DNA of 64,000 bases from an uncultured delta proteobacterium (GCA_963828255.1 CAWHDZ010000008.1:96001-160000); one strand, 5' to 3'. Counted from the stretch's first letter, positions 41,976 to 50,414 are shown. Program-made: numbers and translations. The notes: a model not told the origin generated them from the letters alone.

Positions 41976-42242
41976 ATGAGCAGCACGGCCCGAAAGGATC
42001 TCCACGCGCTGGTGGACGCGCTTCCCGCAAGCGAGGAGCAGGCGGCGCGGCGCTACCTGGAATACCTGCGGGATGCGAGCGATCCGTACGCCAGCCTCGA
42101 CAGGGTCGACCCGTTCGTGGACATGCCCGACGACGAGCGTGCCAGGCTCCACGCCTCGCTCCAGCGGGCTGAGGAGGAGATCGCCTCCGGCGATTCGACC
42201 TCGGCCGAGGATCTCGTTCGCGAGCTCCGAGCGGCGCGGTGA
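41976..42242 (+). CDS. Putative antitoxin (in-frame alternative ATG at 41925)
   Basis: Acidic small ORF overlapping the downstream RelE/ParE gene (GTGA). Confidence 0.7.
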   Translation: MSSTARKDLHALVDALPASEEQAARRYLEYLRDASDPYASLDRVDPFVDMPDDERARLHASLQRAEEEIASGDSTSAEDLVRELRAAR

Positions 42243-42535
42243 AGGTCCAGATCTCGCCGACGGCGCGGCGGCAGATCGTCGCGCTGTCTGCCTGGTGGAA
42301 CGAGAATCGCAGGTCGGCCCGTGTTCGCGTCGAGGATGCGGTCGACGCGGCGGTCGGCGCCATGCGGGAGCATCCGGGGCTTGGGCCTGCCTACCCGCCG
42401 AACCCGAGGTACCGGACATGGCGGCTCAAGGGCACGCCCTACGTCCTCTTCTACCGAATCGACGATGCCGCGGGGACCATCTGGATCATGGTCGCGTGGA
42501 GCGCCATGAGGGGTTCGGGGCCCGAGTTGCCCTGA
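42239..42535 (+). CDS. RelE/ParE family toxin
   Basis: MKVQISPTARRQI, HPGLG, PYVLFYRI; 98 aa. Confidence 0.8.
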   Translation: MKVQISPTARRQIVALSAWWNENRRSARVRVEDAVDAAVGAMREHPGLGPAYPPNPRYRTWRLKGTPYVLFYRIDDAAGTIWIMVAWSAMRGSGPELP

Positions 42536-42596
42536 GTTGACGCTGATGTGCCACGACACATATTGATGCCCGGGCGCCATCACCCTGGAGGTCGTC

Positions 42597-42971
42597 GTGA
42601 GCCGCAAGTTCAAGGACTTCATCCGCGAGCTCGAGGAGGAGGCCCAGCGCGAGGGTCCCCAGGCCGTCGCCGAGCTCAAGGCGTTCGACGCGCACTTCCA
42701 GCTGGCCACCGAGTTCATCCTCCTTCGAAAGCAGCGCGGGCTCACGCAGCGACAGCTGTCGACAAAGTCGGGGGTCCAGCAAGCGGAGATCAGCCGAATC
42801 GAGGGCGGGCGCGCCAATCCGACGGTGTTCACCCTGTCCGCCCTCGCTTCGGCTCTCGGCGGGGAACTGGGAATCCGGATCCGTGCAGGCAGCCGCCGAC
42901 CGCGGTCCGTTCATGTGGCGCGAGGTCGTCACGCAGCACGGCAGCGACCGGTCGCGACCGGGGGGCGCTGA
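42597..42971 (+). CDS. XRE helix-turn-helix protein (orphan HigA-like antitoxin)
   Basis: RGLTQRQLS..VQQAEISRIEGGRANPT. Confidence 0.85.
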   Translation: MSRKFKDFIRELEEEAQREGPQAVAELKAFDAHFQLATEFILLRKQRGLTQRQLSTKSGVQQAEISRIEGGRANPTVFTLSALASALGGELGIRIRAGSRRPRSVHVARGRHAARQRPVATGGR

Positions 42972-43090
42972 CGGGAATCCGGGAAGGTCCTGGAGGAGGC
43001 CGAAACCCTGTATCTCGCTGCATGACGACGCGGGGCAGTGAGCCGCCGGGGTGATGCAAACATCCGGAGTGACACTATCCTTTCGGAGGC

Positions 43091-43180
43091 ATGGTCTTCG
43101 ACTGGCGCGAGCACATCACCGTCGACCCCGCGGTCCTCGTGAGCAATCCCGTCGTCCGCGGCATGCGGCTCTCGTCGGTT
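43091..43180 (+). pseudogene. DUF433 antitoxin N-terminal fragment
   Basis: GGAGG then MVFDWREHITVDPAVLVSNPVVRGMRL; similarity is lost after that. Confidence 0.6.
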
Positions 43181-43203
43181 GCCCCGGCACCTCCTCGACC
43201 ATG

Positions 43204-45549
43204 TTAGGGCGACCAGAAGTCCACCTCCAGGCCGAGCCTCTTGAGCATCGCGGTGTAGCGAGGGTCTCCGTGCACACCGCGGAGAAGGGGATCGACCTGA
43301 ATCATATTGAGGCCATTGTCGCGCGTTGCGAACGCGTGCTCCAGCCACTCGAACGCACGGTCGGCCTCTCCTCTCCACGCGTAAACCTGGGCGATCTGGT
43401 AAGCCGCTGTGTCTGGACGTTCGGCGATCAGGGTGTCGAGCGCCTCCTGCGATTCCCGGGCGCGCCTCAGGCCGTGGAGGGCCTCGGCGGTGCACGTGAG
43501 CGGGAGCGCCCTTCCGCTTTGCCTGGCTGCAAACGCCAGCGCCTCTTCGTTCAGGCCGTCCGCGACCAGTGACATGCACATGTACATGCTGGCCTCCACG
43601 TGACCGGGGCTGAGTTCGAGCGCGCGACCCAACGCCTCCCTGGCGTGAACGAAATCAGCGGCTGCCATGTACAGACGCCCCAGTATGACCAACCGATATG
43701 GATCGAGGGGGTCGCGGTCCACCCGCACCTTCCCGGAAGCGATCGACGCCTGGATCCGCTCGGCCCTGTTCAACTTCCTGGGGTCAGTTCCTGTGGCGCT
43801 GGCATCCTTCGGCCGGAGTTCGGCCGCTCTCGCGAAGTCGGCTTCCGAACCGGGCCTGTCGAAGGCGAAGTTCCAGCGCGCCAGCCCACGAATGCGGTAG
43901 CTCTGGGGGAGATCGGGCGCAAGCGCGACGGCCTTCTCGGCGGCTGCAAGTCCCCGCTCGACCATCCCGGGCTGGCCACCGTCCGCACGGAGGTCCATGG
44001 CTGCCTGGACGATTCCTGCCCATGCCGCCGCGTACCCGGGGTCGAGCGCCACCGCCTTCTCGAAGGCCGCCATGGCTCGCCAGTGGTCCTCCATGGTTCC
44101 GCGCTTCGCGAAGTGTCGCCCAAGAAGGAGCTGCGCATACGCTTCGGGCTTGTCGGTCCGGAGCCACCTCGCATTCTGGTCCTTGTCGGGGAGCAGGTTC
44201 ACCTGGAGTGCTGTAGCTACGGCCTGGGCGATGTCCTTCTGGATGGCGAGCAAACCTTCCTGGCCCCGATCGAATGCCTGCGACCACAGGTGCGCACCGT
44301 CCGCGGCGCGGATGAGCTGGGCGGAGATCCTGAGGACGCCCCCCTCCTTCCGCACGCTTCCCTCGAGCAGGGTCTCGACGTTGAGCTTCTGGCCAATGGC
44401 GCGGAGGTCGTCGGGCTTCCCCTTGAAGGAGAACGAGGAGGTTCGCCCGATCACCTTGAGCCCCTTCACCTGCGCGAGCGTGTTCAGGATCTCCTCGGCG
44501 ATCCCGTCCCCGAAGTATTCCAGGTCCTTCCCCGGACTCATGTCCACGAACGGCAGAACGGCAACGGACGGCTTGGTCTCGGCCCGAGCCGCGTCTGCTG
44601 AACGCCCCGCGCGATGTACGACCACGCCGACGACCACGCCACCGAGGACGACGCCGAGCCCCGCGAGCACCGCGACCCGACCCATGCGAGCTGGCCGCTC
44701 GGTGGCATGGCGCGCCTCCTGGAGGACCTCCAGCCACGCCTGACCATCTCTTGGGCGGGCCGCCGGGTCGGCGGAAGTGGCCAGGGCTATGGCTCGCTCC
44801 AGGCGTCGTGGGCGTCGCCCTCCGAGCATGTCGCCCAGCACTCGGCCTGCCGCGTACACGTCGGCCCGCTGGTCCACCTCCTCGCCCCGCGCCTGCTCCG
44901 GAGCCATGTACTTAGGGGTTCCGGCTCCGCTGATTCCCTCGGTGCCAAGCAGGTGCGCGAGCCCGAAGTCGAGGAGCTTCACCCTCCCGTCCTCGCAGAC
45001 GAACACGTTCGCGGGCTTGAGGTCCCGGTGCAGGACGCCTCGCTGGTGGGCGTGGGCGAGCCCCTTCGCCATCTCCTCGGCGATGCGCAGGGCCTCGGCC
45101 TGTGGGATCGGGCCTTCCGCGATGCGCTGCGCAAGCGTGTTCCCGTGCAGCAGTTCCATCACGAGGTAGGGACCGGCTTGGCTCGTTCCTACATCGTGAA
45201 GCGTTACGATGCAGGGGTGGTCCAGGCGCGCCACCGCCTCGGCTTCCTTCTTGATCCAGTCCGACGAGAGGTCTCGCCGAGGCCGGGACAGGCGTAGCGT
45301 CTTCACTGCCACGACCCGGTTCAACTCGGTGTCGAACGCCTCGTAGACCGCGCCGAAGCCTCCCCGCCCGACTTCGCGACGGATCTCGAAGCGGCCGAGC
45401 CGGTCGCCCGGCTGAAGCTCGTTCTTCCAGGCGTCGAGGGCGTCCTCACTGGAAGCATCGGCCAGTTCCTGGAGAAGTCGGGAGAGCGGGCCGGGCTCGC
45501 CGGCGCTCGACACGACCGCGCTGTCGCGCTGCTCCTGGCTCTCCGGCAA
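43204..45549 (-). CDS. Ser/Thr protein kinase with TM, TolB-like and TPR domains
   Basis: GRGGFG, VAVK, HRDLKPAN, DFG, APE; PSVAVLPF; TPR repeats. Confidence 0.92.
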   Translation of the reverse strand: MPESQEQRDSAVVSSAGEPGPLSRLLQELADASSEDALDAWKNELQPGDRLGRFEIRREVGRGGFGAVYEAFDTELNRVVAVKTLRLSRPRRDLSSDWIKKEAEAVARLDHPCIVTLHDVGTSQAGPYLVMELLHGNTLAQRIAEGPIPQAEALRIAEEMAKGLAHAHQRGVLHRDLKPANVFVCEDGRVKLLDFGLAHLLGTEGISGAGTPKYMAPEQARGEEVDQRADVYAAGRVLGDMLGGRRPRRLERAIALATSADPAARPRDGQAWLEVLQEARHATERPARMGRVAVLAGLGVVLGGVVVGVVVHRAGRSADAARAETKPSVAVLPFVDMSPGKDLEYFGDGIAEEILNTLAQVKGLKVIGRTSSFSFKGKPDDLRAIGQKLNVETLLEGSVRKEGGVLRISAQLIRAADGAHLWSQAFDRGQEGLLAIQKDIAQAVATALQVNLLPDKDQNARWLRTDKPEAYAQLLLGRHFAKRGTMEDHWRAMAAFEKAVALDPGYAAAWAGIVQAAMDLRADGGQPGMVERGLAAAEKAVALAPDLPQSYRIRGLARWNFAFDRPGSEADFARAAELRPKDASATGTDPRKLNRAERIQASIASGKVRVDRDPLDPYRLVILGRLYMAAADFVHAREALGRALELSPGHVEASMYMCMSLVADGLNEEALAFAARQSGRALPLTCTAEALHGLRRARESQEALDTLIAERPDTAAYQIAQVYAWRGEADRAFEWLEHAFATRDNGLNMIQVDPLLRGVHGDPRYTAMLKRLGLEVDFWSP

Positions 45550-45580
45550 GGCGAGCCCCCCAGGGGTGGTCCAAGGAGGC

Positions 45581-45619
45581 TAGCAGGGGGCCACCGAGGG
45601 TGTCATCCGCTCCACTGCC
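45581..45619. repeat. 39-bp direct repeat (38/39 with 47735-47773) flanking the serine hydrolase gene
   Basis: TAGCAGGGGGCCACCG(A/C)GGGTGTCATCCGCTCCACTGCC in both places. Confidence 0.9.
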
Positions 45620-45671
45620 AGGAGTTACCTGGAAGACGGTCCCGTCGAGTCTAGAACTCCAAGTCTCCCCC

Positions 45672-47558
45672 TCAACGCGGGCAGCGGAGCGAGCCAGGCA
45701 CGGTGCTCGCCTTGAGCGCGGTGGCCCGGCCAGTGAGCGGGTTCAGCTTCACGTCGAGGACGGCCTCGCCCCGCTGGCAGGTCAGGAGGAAGGTCCCGCG
45801 GGTGGTCCCGTCGCCCTTCAGCGATGAGCCAACGCTGCACGCGCCGTGGTTGGCCGAGAGGCGGGCCAGGTTCTTGCGGAGCGCCCCGGCGTCCGCACCC
45901 GGCTCGAGCAGCTTGGCGGCAGCACCGTCGTCCCACTGCTCCATCAACTGTGCCCCCTCGGCGGCCGCCCTGGTCAACGGCTCGCCGGGAGGGAGCACGG
46001 AGGCGAGCTCGAGCGCCTGGATCCGCGGCGGTAGGTCCGAGGTGAGCTCGATCGACAGTTCAATGCCCCCTCTCTCGCAGGTGAGCAGCAGCCGGCCGCG
46101 CAGGGCGTTCTGGGCCTTCCCGCCCTCCGCGGGCTTGCAGGTGCCGTGCACCCTGGCGAAGCCCGCCAGGCGAGCCTCGAGCCTGTCCGGCGCCTCGTAG
46201 GCAGAGTAGTTGACGTCGAAGGCAGCCGTCGCACGCTCGGCGTTCCAAGACGTCAGGAGGTCCAGGACCGTCGCACGCGCCCGGACGAGCTGGTCCGAGA
46301 TCGGCCGCGGCCGCTCCGGCAAGAGACCCCGCTCCCGCAGGCCGCTGACCAGGGCGTCCACGACGGGCCGGCCGTTGGTGTAGGTAAGGTTGGTCATCAC
46401 GAAGACGCCCACGTCCTGCTCGGGCAGGAGCAGCACGAACGAGCCGTAGCCCGGGAGCCCGCCACTGTGCCGGACCACCTTCGGGAACTTGCAGTTGGTT
46501 CCGGATCCCCAGCCGAAGCCGTATCCGCCGGCGTACACTTGCAGCTCCCCGAGGTCGTTGCGCGTGGCGGCGAATGGGATAGGACGCTGGACCTCCTGAG
46601 TCTCGCGGATCGAGGCGCGCCGCACCGGGCCGGTGTCCGGCTCGTCGCGCGGGGGCCAGGCCGACAGCTGGAACGCCACCCATCGCGCGTAGTCGCGAGG
46701 CGAGGTCCACAGGCCGCCAGCGGCGGCCCATGCTCCGTCGGACAGCTCCGGCTCCTCGTGGAAGGCGTCGTCGGCATACTTCTCCAGGCCGGCAGAGGGC
46801 ATGTCCGAGCCCCTCCGCCCGTAGCCGTGTGCCTTTCGCGCCTCCGGGACCCGGGCCGCCTCCCACGTCGTGGCGCTCATGCCGAGCGGCACCAGCAGGC
46901 GCTGGGTCACGTAGTCCTGGGCACGCACGCCGCTGGTGCGCCCGATCACCCGGCCGGCCAGCGCGTAGCCCAGATTGGAGTACTCGAACTCGGTGCCCGG
47001 CGCGGTGGAGAAGGAGAAGCCCGTCGCCAGGAAGCGGTCGAAGTCGGCCTCGCTCATCGAAACGCGCAGGTCGGCAGTGGCGTTGTCCTCGGGTAGACCG
47101 CCCCCGTGCGAGAGCAACTGGCGGACCGTGATGCGGGGCGAGTCGGTGGTGAGAGAGGCGACCTTTCGCAACTCCGGGAGGTATCGCTCGGCCGGGTCAT
47201 CCAGGGAGAACTTGCCCTCGTCGCGCAGCCCGAGCGCCGCCGCCCCGACGAAGGCCTTCGACATGGAGGCGATGCGGAACACCGTGTCCTGGTCCACGGG
47301 CGCGCCGCTGGTCAAGTCGCTCACTCCCCACGCCTTGAACCACGCCAGCTGGCCGCCGGTTACCAGGCCCACCGCCATGCCGGGCGCCTTCATGCCCGCC
47401 ACGGCCTTTGTCAGTGCCGGCTCCAGCTCGGTTGCCCCAGCGATCAGCCGGGCAGTTCGATCGGCGTCGCTCCAGGCCAACGGCGGAGCGGGGGAGCGCC
47501 GGGAGGAGGCCTGGGGCGAGGCACAGCCCAGACCGAGCGCCAGGAGAGCGAGGAGCAT
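45672..47558 (-). CDS. Beta-lactamase-family serine hydrolase, lipoprotein (start uncertain)
   Basis: SMSK (SxxK), YSN, HSG; LGLGC lipobox. Confidence 0.88.
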   Translation of the reverse strand: MLLALLALGLGCASPQASSRRSPAPPLAWSDADRTARLIAGATELEPALTKAVAGMKAPGMAVGLVTGGQLAWFKAWGVSDLTSGAPVDQDTVFRIASMSKAFVGAAALGLRDEGKFSLDDPAERYLPELRKVASLTTDSPRITVRQLLSHGGGLPEDNATADLRVSMSEADFDRFLATGFSFSTAPGTEFEYSNLGYALAGRVIGRTSGVRAQDYVTQRLLVPLGMSATTWEAARVPEARKAHGYGRRGSDMPSAGLEKYADDAFHEEPELSDGAWAAAGGLWTSPRDYARWVAFQLSAWPPRDEPDTGPVRRASIRETQEVQRPIPFAATRNDLGELQVYAGGYGFGWGSGTNCKFPKVVRHSGGLPGYGSFVLLLPEQDVGVFVMTNLTYTNGRPVVDALVSGLRERGLLPERPRPISDQLVRARATVLDLLTSWNAERATAAFDVNYSAYEAPDRLEARLAGFARVHGTCKPAEGGKAQNALRGRLLLTCERGGIELSIELTSDLPPRIQALELASVLPPGEPLTRAAAEGAQLMEQWDDGAAAKLLEPGADAGALRKNLARLSANHGACSVGSSLKGDGTTRGTFLLTCQRGEAVLDVKLNPLTGRATALKASTVPGSLRCPR

Positions 47559-47703
47559 GCTCGGCCGGCCGGGGTCACCTCGGGGTCTGGATGGTGGCGA
47601 GGACCGGGTCTTGCATACCCAGCTCGACTGCTCGAGATCACGCATGGTGACGATCCTCCGGCCATCGGGTTCCGGTGGGCGAAGCCTACCTGATCTCGGC
47701 GCC

Positions 47704-47817
47704 TCAGCATGACGCGCGCCCCGCCGCCTCTCCATAGCAGGGGGCCACCGCGGGTGTCATCCGCTCCACTGCCGCCAGGATGTCGGTGATGCGAAGGCGC
47801 CAGTCCCTAGGCGGCAC
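47704..47817 (-). pseudogene. Truncated HEPN/DUF86 toxin
   Basis: VPPRDWRLRITDILAAVER overlaps the MNT stop; no RxxxxH motif follows. Confidence 0.7.
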
Positions 47818-48097
47818 GGACCGCCTCGGACAGGATCTGCTGGCGCAGCTCCGGTCGAAGGCCGCCTTGCGTGACCAGGTCGACCTTGCAGCCCAGGAAG
47901 GCCTCGAGGCGATCCTGGACCTCGAAGAGGTGGAAGTAGCCGACCGGCGGGTCGAAGTCGACGAGCAGGTCGACGTCGCTTCCAGGGGCCGCCTGGTCGC
48001 GCGCCACGGAGCCGAACAGCGACAGGCTCCGGACTCCGAGCTCGCGGAGTTCCCCTGCGTGCTGGGCGATGATCTGGAGGACGTCGGCACGCCGCAT
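47807..48097 (-). CDS. Minimal nucleotidyltransferase (MNT antitoxin)
   Basis: FGSVAR...SDVDLLV (GSX10DXD), KVDLV. Confidence 0.9.
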   Translation of the reverse strand: MRRADVLQIIAQHAGELRELGVRSLSLFGSVARDQAAPGSDVDLLVDFDPPVGYFHLFEVQDRLEAFLGCKVDLVTQGGLRPELRQQILSEAVRAA

Positions 48098-48143
48098 GCG
48101 GGTCATCATAGGCCTCAGCCGTGTGACGGGCCAGGGTACCCAA

Positions 48144-48404
48144 CCCTGCCCTCGACCCCTGCCCTGCGGGGTGCCCTGCGGAGAGGGCAGGATTGAGGAC
48201 GAGGCGGCTGGCAGGATTGAAAGCAGGGCTGCCCTCGTAACCCCCCGAAACTCGTGCCCCGGCCCCGCCACCCTTCACCTGGCGTGCACACCGACGAACG
48301 GGGTGCCATCCGCCCGACCCCTCCCCCACGACCACCATGTGGGGAAGGGGTCGGCCGGCTGTCACCCAATGAGATTCCAGAGGGTGGATGGCGGGGCCAG
48401 GGCA
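48144..48404. other. Structured non-coding region with short repeats and nested inverted repeats
   Basis: GGCAGGATTGA x2, CCCTGCCCT x2; inverted repeats 48255-48270/48389-48404 and 48314-48329/48339-48354 (15/16 each). Confidence 0.6.
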
Positions 48405-48431
48405 AAGGGGCCGGAGGCGGCAGGGTCTGTG

Positions 48432-48460
48432 TTGCAAAGCACAAGATGTGTCTATACACT
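48432..48460 (+). promoter_or_regulatory. Sigma70-type promoter of the regulator-xis-int operon
   Basis: TTGCAA-N17-TACACT with palindrome CACA-AGA-TGTG in the spacer; AT-rich. Confidence 0.7.
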
Positions 48461-48512
48461 AGGATAGTCATAAGAAATACTCTCAAACAAGAATGAAGGC
48501 GAGGGGAACGAG

Positions 48513-48851
48513 ATGGCTTCGAAGAAGGCGCGGGAGAAGTCGGAGGCGTTCGAGACGACGGAGAAGGTGATGCAGACGTTCCGGATACCTCGGGAGCTCG
48601 TGGGGAGGCTCCGGGCAGAGGCGGACCGGAGGGGGCTCGATCTCACCGCCTACGTCATCCGGGTCATGGGGGGCGTCATCGGGGATTTCGGGCTGCCGGA
48701 GGTCGCGAGGGTCATCCTGGACGACGACCGCGCGGCGCTCGGCATGGACCGGGAGGCTTACCTCCTGCACCTGCTCTTCCAGCGGAGCCTCGCCGTCCGC
48801 GAAGAGGGGCCCGGGTTCGACGGCCCGAGGTCCCGGAAGAAGGGACGCTGA
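48513..48851 (+). CDS. Ribbon-helix-helix-like DNA-binding protein
   Basis: QTFRIPRELVGRLRAEADRRGLDLTAYV pattern. Confidence 0.6.
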   Translation: MASKKAREKSEAFETTEKVMQTFRIPRELVGRLRAEADRRGLDLTAYVIRVMGGVIGDFGLPEVARVILDDDRAALGMDREAYLLHLLFQRSLAVREEGPGFDGPRSRKKGR

Positions 48852-49228
48852 TGCTGGGCGAGGTCACCGAGTCGCGCCGCTTCGGCCTGGTCACGATGTG
48901 GGTCTCGGCGACCGACGTCCGCCGGGCCCTGGGCTGCTCGCGGGCACTGGCCTACGAGCATCTTCGTCGGGCGGCGCGGCGGTCACCGGGGGAGCGGGGC
49001 CTGCTCCGGGTCCCCCTCGACGTCTGGGAGCGTTACGCCAGGGAGGTGCTGTCGTGCAGCGGATCTTCAAGCGAGGCCGGGTCTGGTACGGGTGGTTCTA
49101 CGAGGACGGCCGGCGGGTGGTCCGGACCACCCGCTGCCGGGACCGCGCGGCGGCCGATAGGGTCGCCCGCCAGTGGGAGCTCGACGCCGCCGATCCGGAT
49201 CACGCGGCCGCGCGAACCGCGACGCTGA
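48851..49228 (+). CDS. Excisionase-like helix-turn-helix protein
   Basis: SATDVRRALGCSRALAYE...LRVP; coupled to the upstream stop and overlapping int. Confidence 0.55.
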   Translation: MLGEVTESRRFGLVTMWVSATDVRRALGCSRALAYEHLRRAARRSPGERGLLRVPLDVWERYAREVLSCSGSSSEAGSGTGGSTRTAGGWSGPPAAGTARRPIGSPASGSSTPPIRITRPREPRR

Positions 49229-50367
49229 CCGACGCGCTACAGCTCCTGCTCGCCCGGGACGAGGAGGAGGTCCAGGCCGGCCGGCGCAGCCCCGACACGG
49301 TCGCCTTCCACCGCTCCAAGGCAGGCCACCTGGTCCGCCTGTTCGAGACCGCCGACGGCGGCGGCCACGTCCCCTTCCCTCTCGTGCGGCTCCGCGCCGC
49401 GAACGTGGACGGCTACGTCTCCCGACGGCGCGCCGAGAAGGTGACCGACGCCACCATCGCGAAGGAGCTCGTCGTCCTCCGAAAGTCGCTCCGCCTGGCC
49501 ATCCGCGCCGGCCTGTGGAAGGGACGGGTCGAGGAGGTCATCCCGGTGGCCTTCTCGGCGGGCTACGAGCCCCGGACCCGCGCGCTCACGGCCGGCGAGG
49601 TGGGGAAGCTCCTCCACGAGCTCCTCCCGGACCGCGCCGCGAGGGTGGCCTTCATCGTCGCCACCTCGGCCTGCTGGCGGGAGTCGGAGCTGGCCCGACG
49701 CGAGGACACCGGCGAGGGGCTCGCGACCGTGCTCCTCCGCGGGACGAAGCGGAAGACGCGCTTCCGGACCGTGCCCATCGTGAGCCCCGCGCAGCGCTCG
49801 CTCCTCGAGTACGCGGTCGAGCACGCGCAGGGAACGGGCGGCGCGGTCTTCCGCGTCTGGCGCAACGCGCGGCGCGACCTCCTCGAGGCCTGCGAGCGGG
49901 CCGGCATCGAGCGCTGCAGCCCGAACGATCTCAGGCGCACCTTCGCAAGCTGGCAGGTGGAGGCGGGCGTGCCGCTCTACCCCATCGCGCAGGCCATGGG
50001 GCACAAGGACACGAGGATGCTGGAGCGGGTCTACGGCCGGCAGACCCCGGAGCAGCTCGCGGCGGTCATGGCGCGCGCGATGGGTTTGACGCAGGGCGTA
50101 TGTAGCACATTTGTATCAGCGCCCCCGGAAACGGCGGATCCGGTGGACGCAGTGGACGACGACGCGGCGAACGCGTCTCCGGCGGCCGCGACCGAAAAGC
50201 AAAAGGCCCACCAGGATTTGCGTCCTGATGGGCCGGTGTCGGCGCGAGTTGTAGAAGTGCCTGGACCCGGAATCGAACCAGGGACACGGGGATTTTCAGT
50301 CCCCTTATCAAGGACCTCAAGGCCGCGACTTCATGTGGTTTCTCCTCGGGTCAAGCGTGCCGGGTAG
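49054..50367 (+). CDS. Tyrosine recombinase/integrase whose ORF spans the att site
   Basis: GGAGG-GTG start; R (WRESEL), K (GTK), NDLRR, MGH, Y (RVYG); tail encodes the att as VPGPGIEPGTRGFS. Confidence 0.9.
   Translation: MQRIFKRGRVWYGWFYEDGRRVVRTTRCRDRAAADRVARQWELDAADPDHAAARTATLTDALQLLLARDEEEVQAGRRSPDTVAFHRSKAGHLVRLFETADGGGHVPFPLVRLRAANVDGYVSRRRAEKVTDATIAKELVVLRKSLRLAIRAGLWKGRVEEVIPVAFSAGYEPRTRALTAGEVGKLLHELLPDRAARVAFIVATSACWRESELARREDTGEGLATVLLRGTKRKTRFRTVPIVSPAQRSLLEYAVEHAQGTGGAVFRVWRNARRDLLEACERAGIERCSPNDLRRTFASWQVEAGVPLYPIAQAMGHKDTRMLERVYGRQTPEQLAAVMARAMGLTQGVCSTFVSAPPETADPVDAVDDDAANASPAAATEKQKAHQDLRPDGPVSARVVEVPGPGIEPGTRGFSVPLSRTSRPRLHVVSPRVKRAG
50258..50305 (-). tRNA. 3' part of tRNA-Phe(GAA) with full anticodon stem (att junction between elements 1 and 2)
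   Basis: Minus strand AGGGGA-CTGAAAA-TCCCC...GGTCCAGGCA; D-arm and 5' end absent. Confidence 0.88.
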
Positions 50368-50414
50368 CAAATGGGTAGCAAGCCCCTGCTTTGGGTCGTC
50401 CCCTTCCATCTACG

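Larger units (their letters stand above)
41792..50299. mobile_element. Integrative element 1 at tRNA-Phe (about 8.5 kb)
   Basis: Bounded by att repeats; tyrosine integrase and xis-like gene at the right end; TA cargo. Confidence 0.85.

Noticed and set aside
45581..47773. Integron attC sites or IS target duplication
   Set aside because: No RYYYAAC/GTTRRRY inverted cores, no transposase or terminal inverted repeats; the integrase lacks recognisable IntI features.
41750..50305. Functional tRNA-Phe genes
   Set aside because: Both copies lack the D-arm and 5' acceptor strand; they are att remnants.
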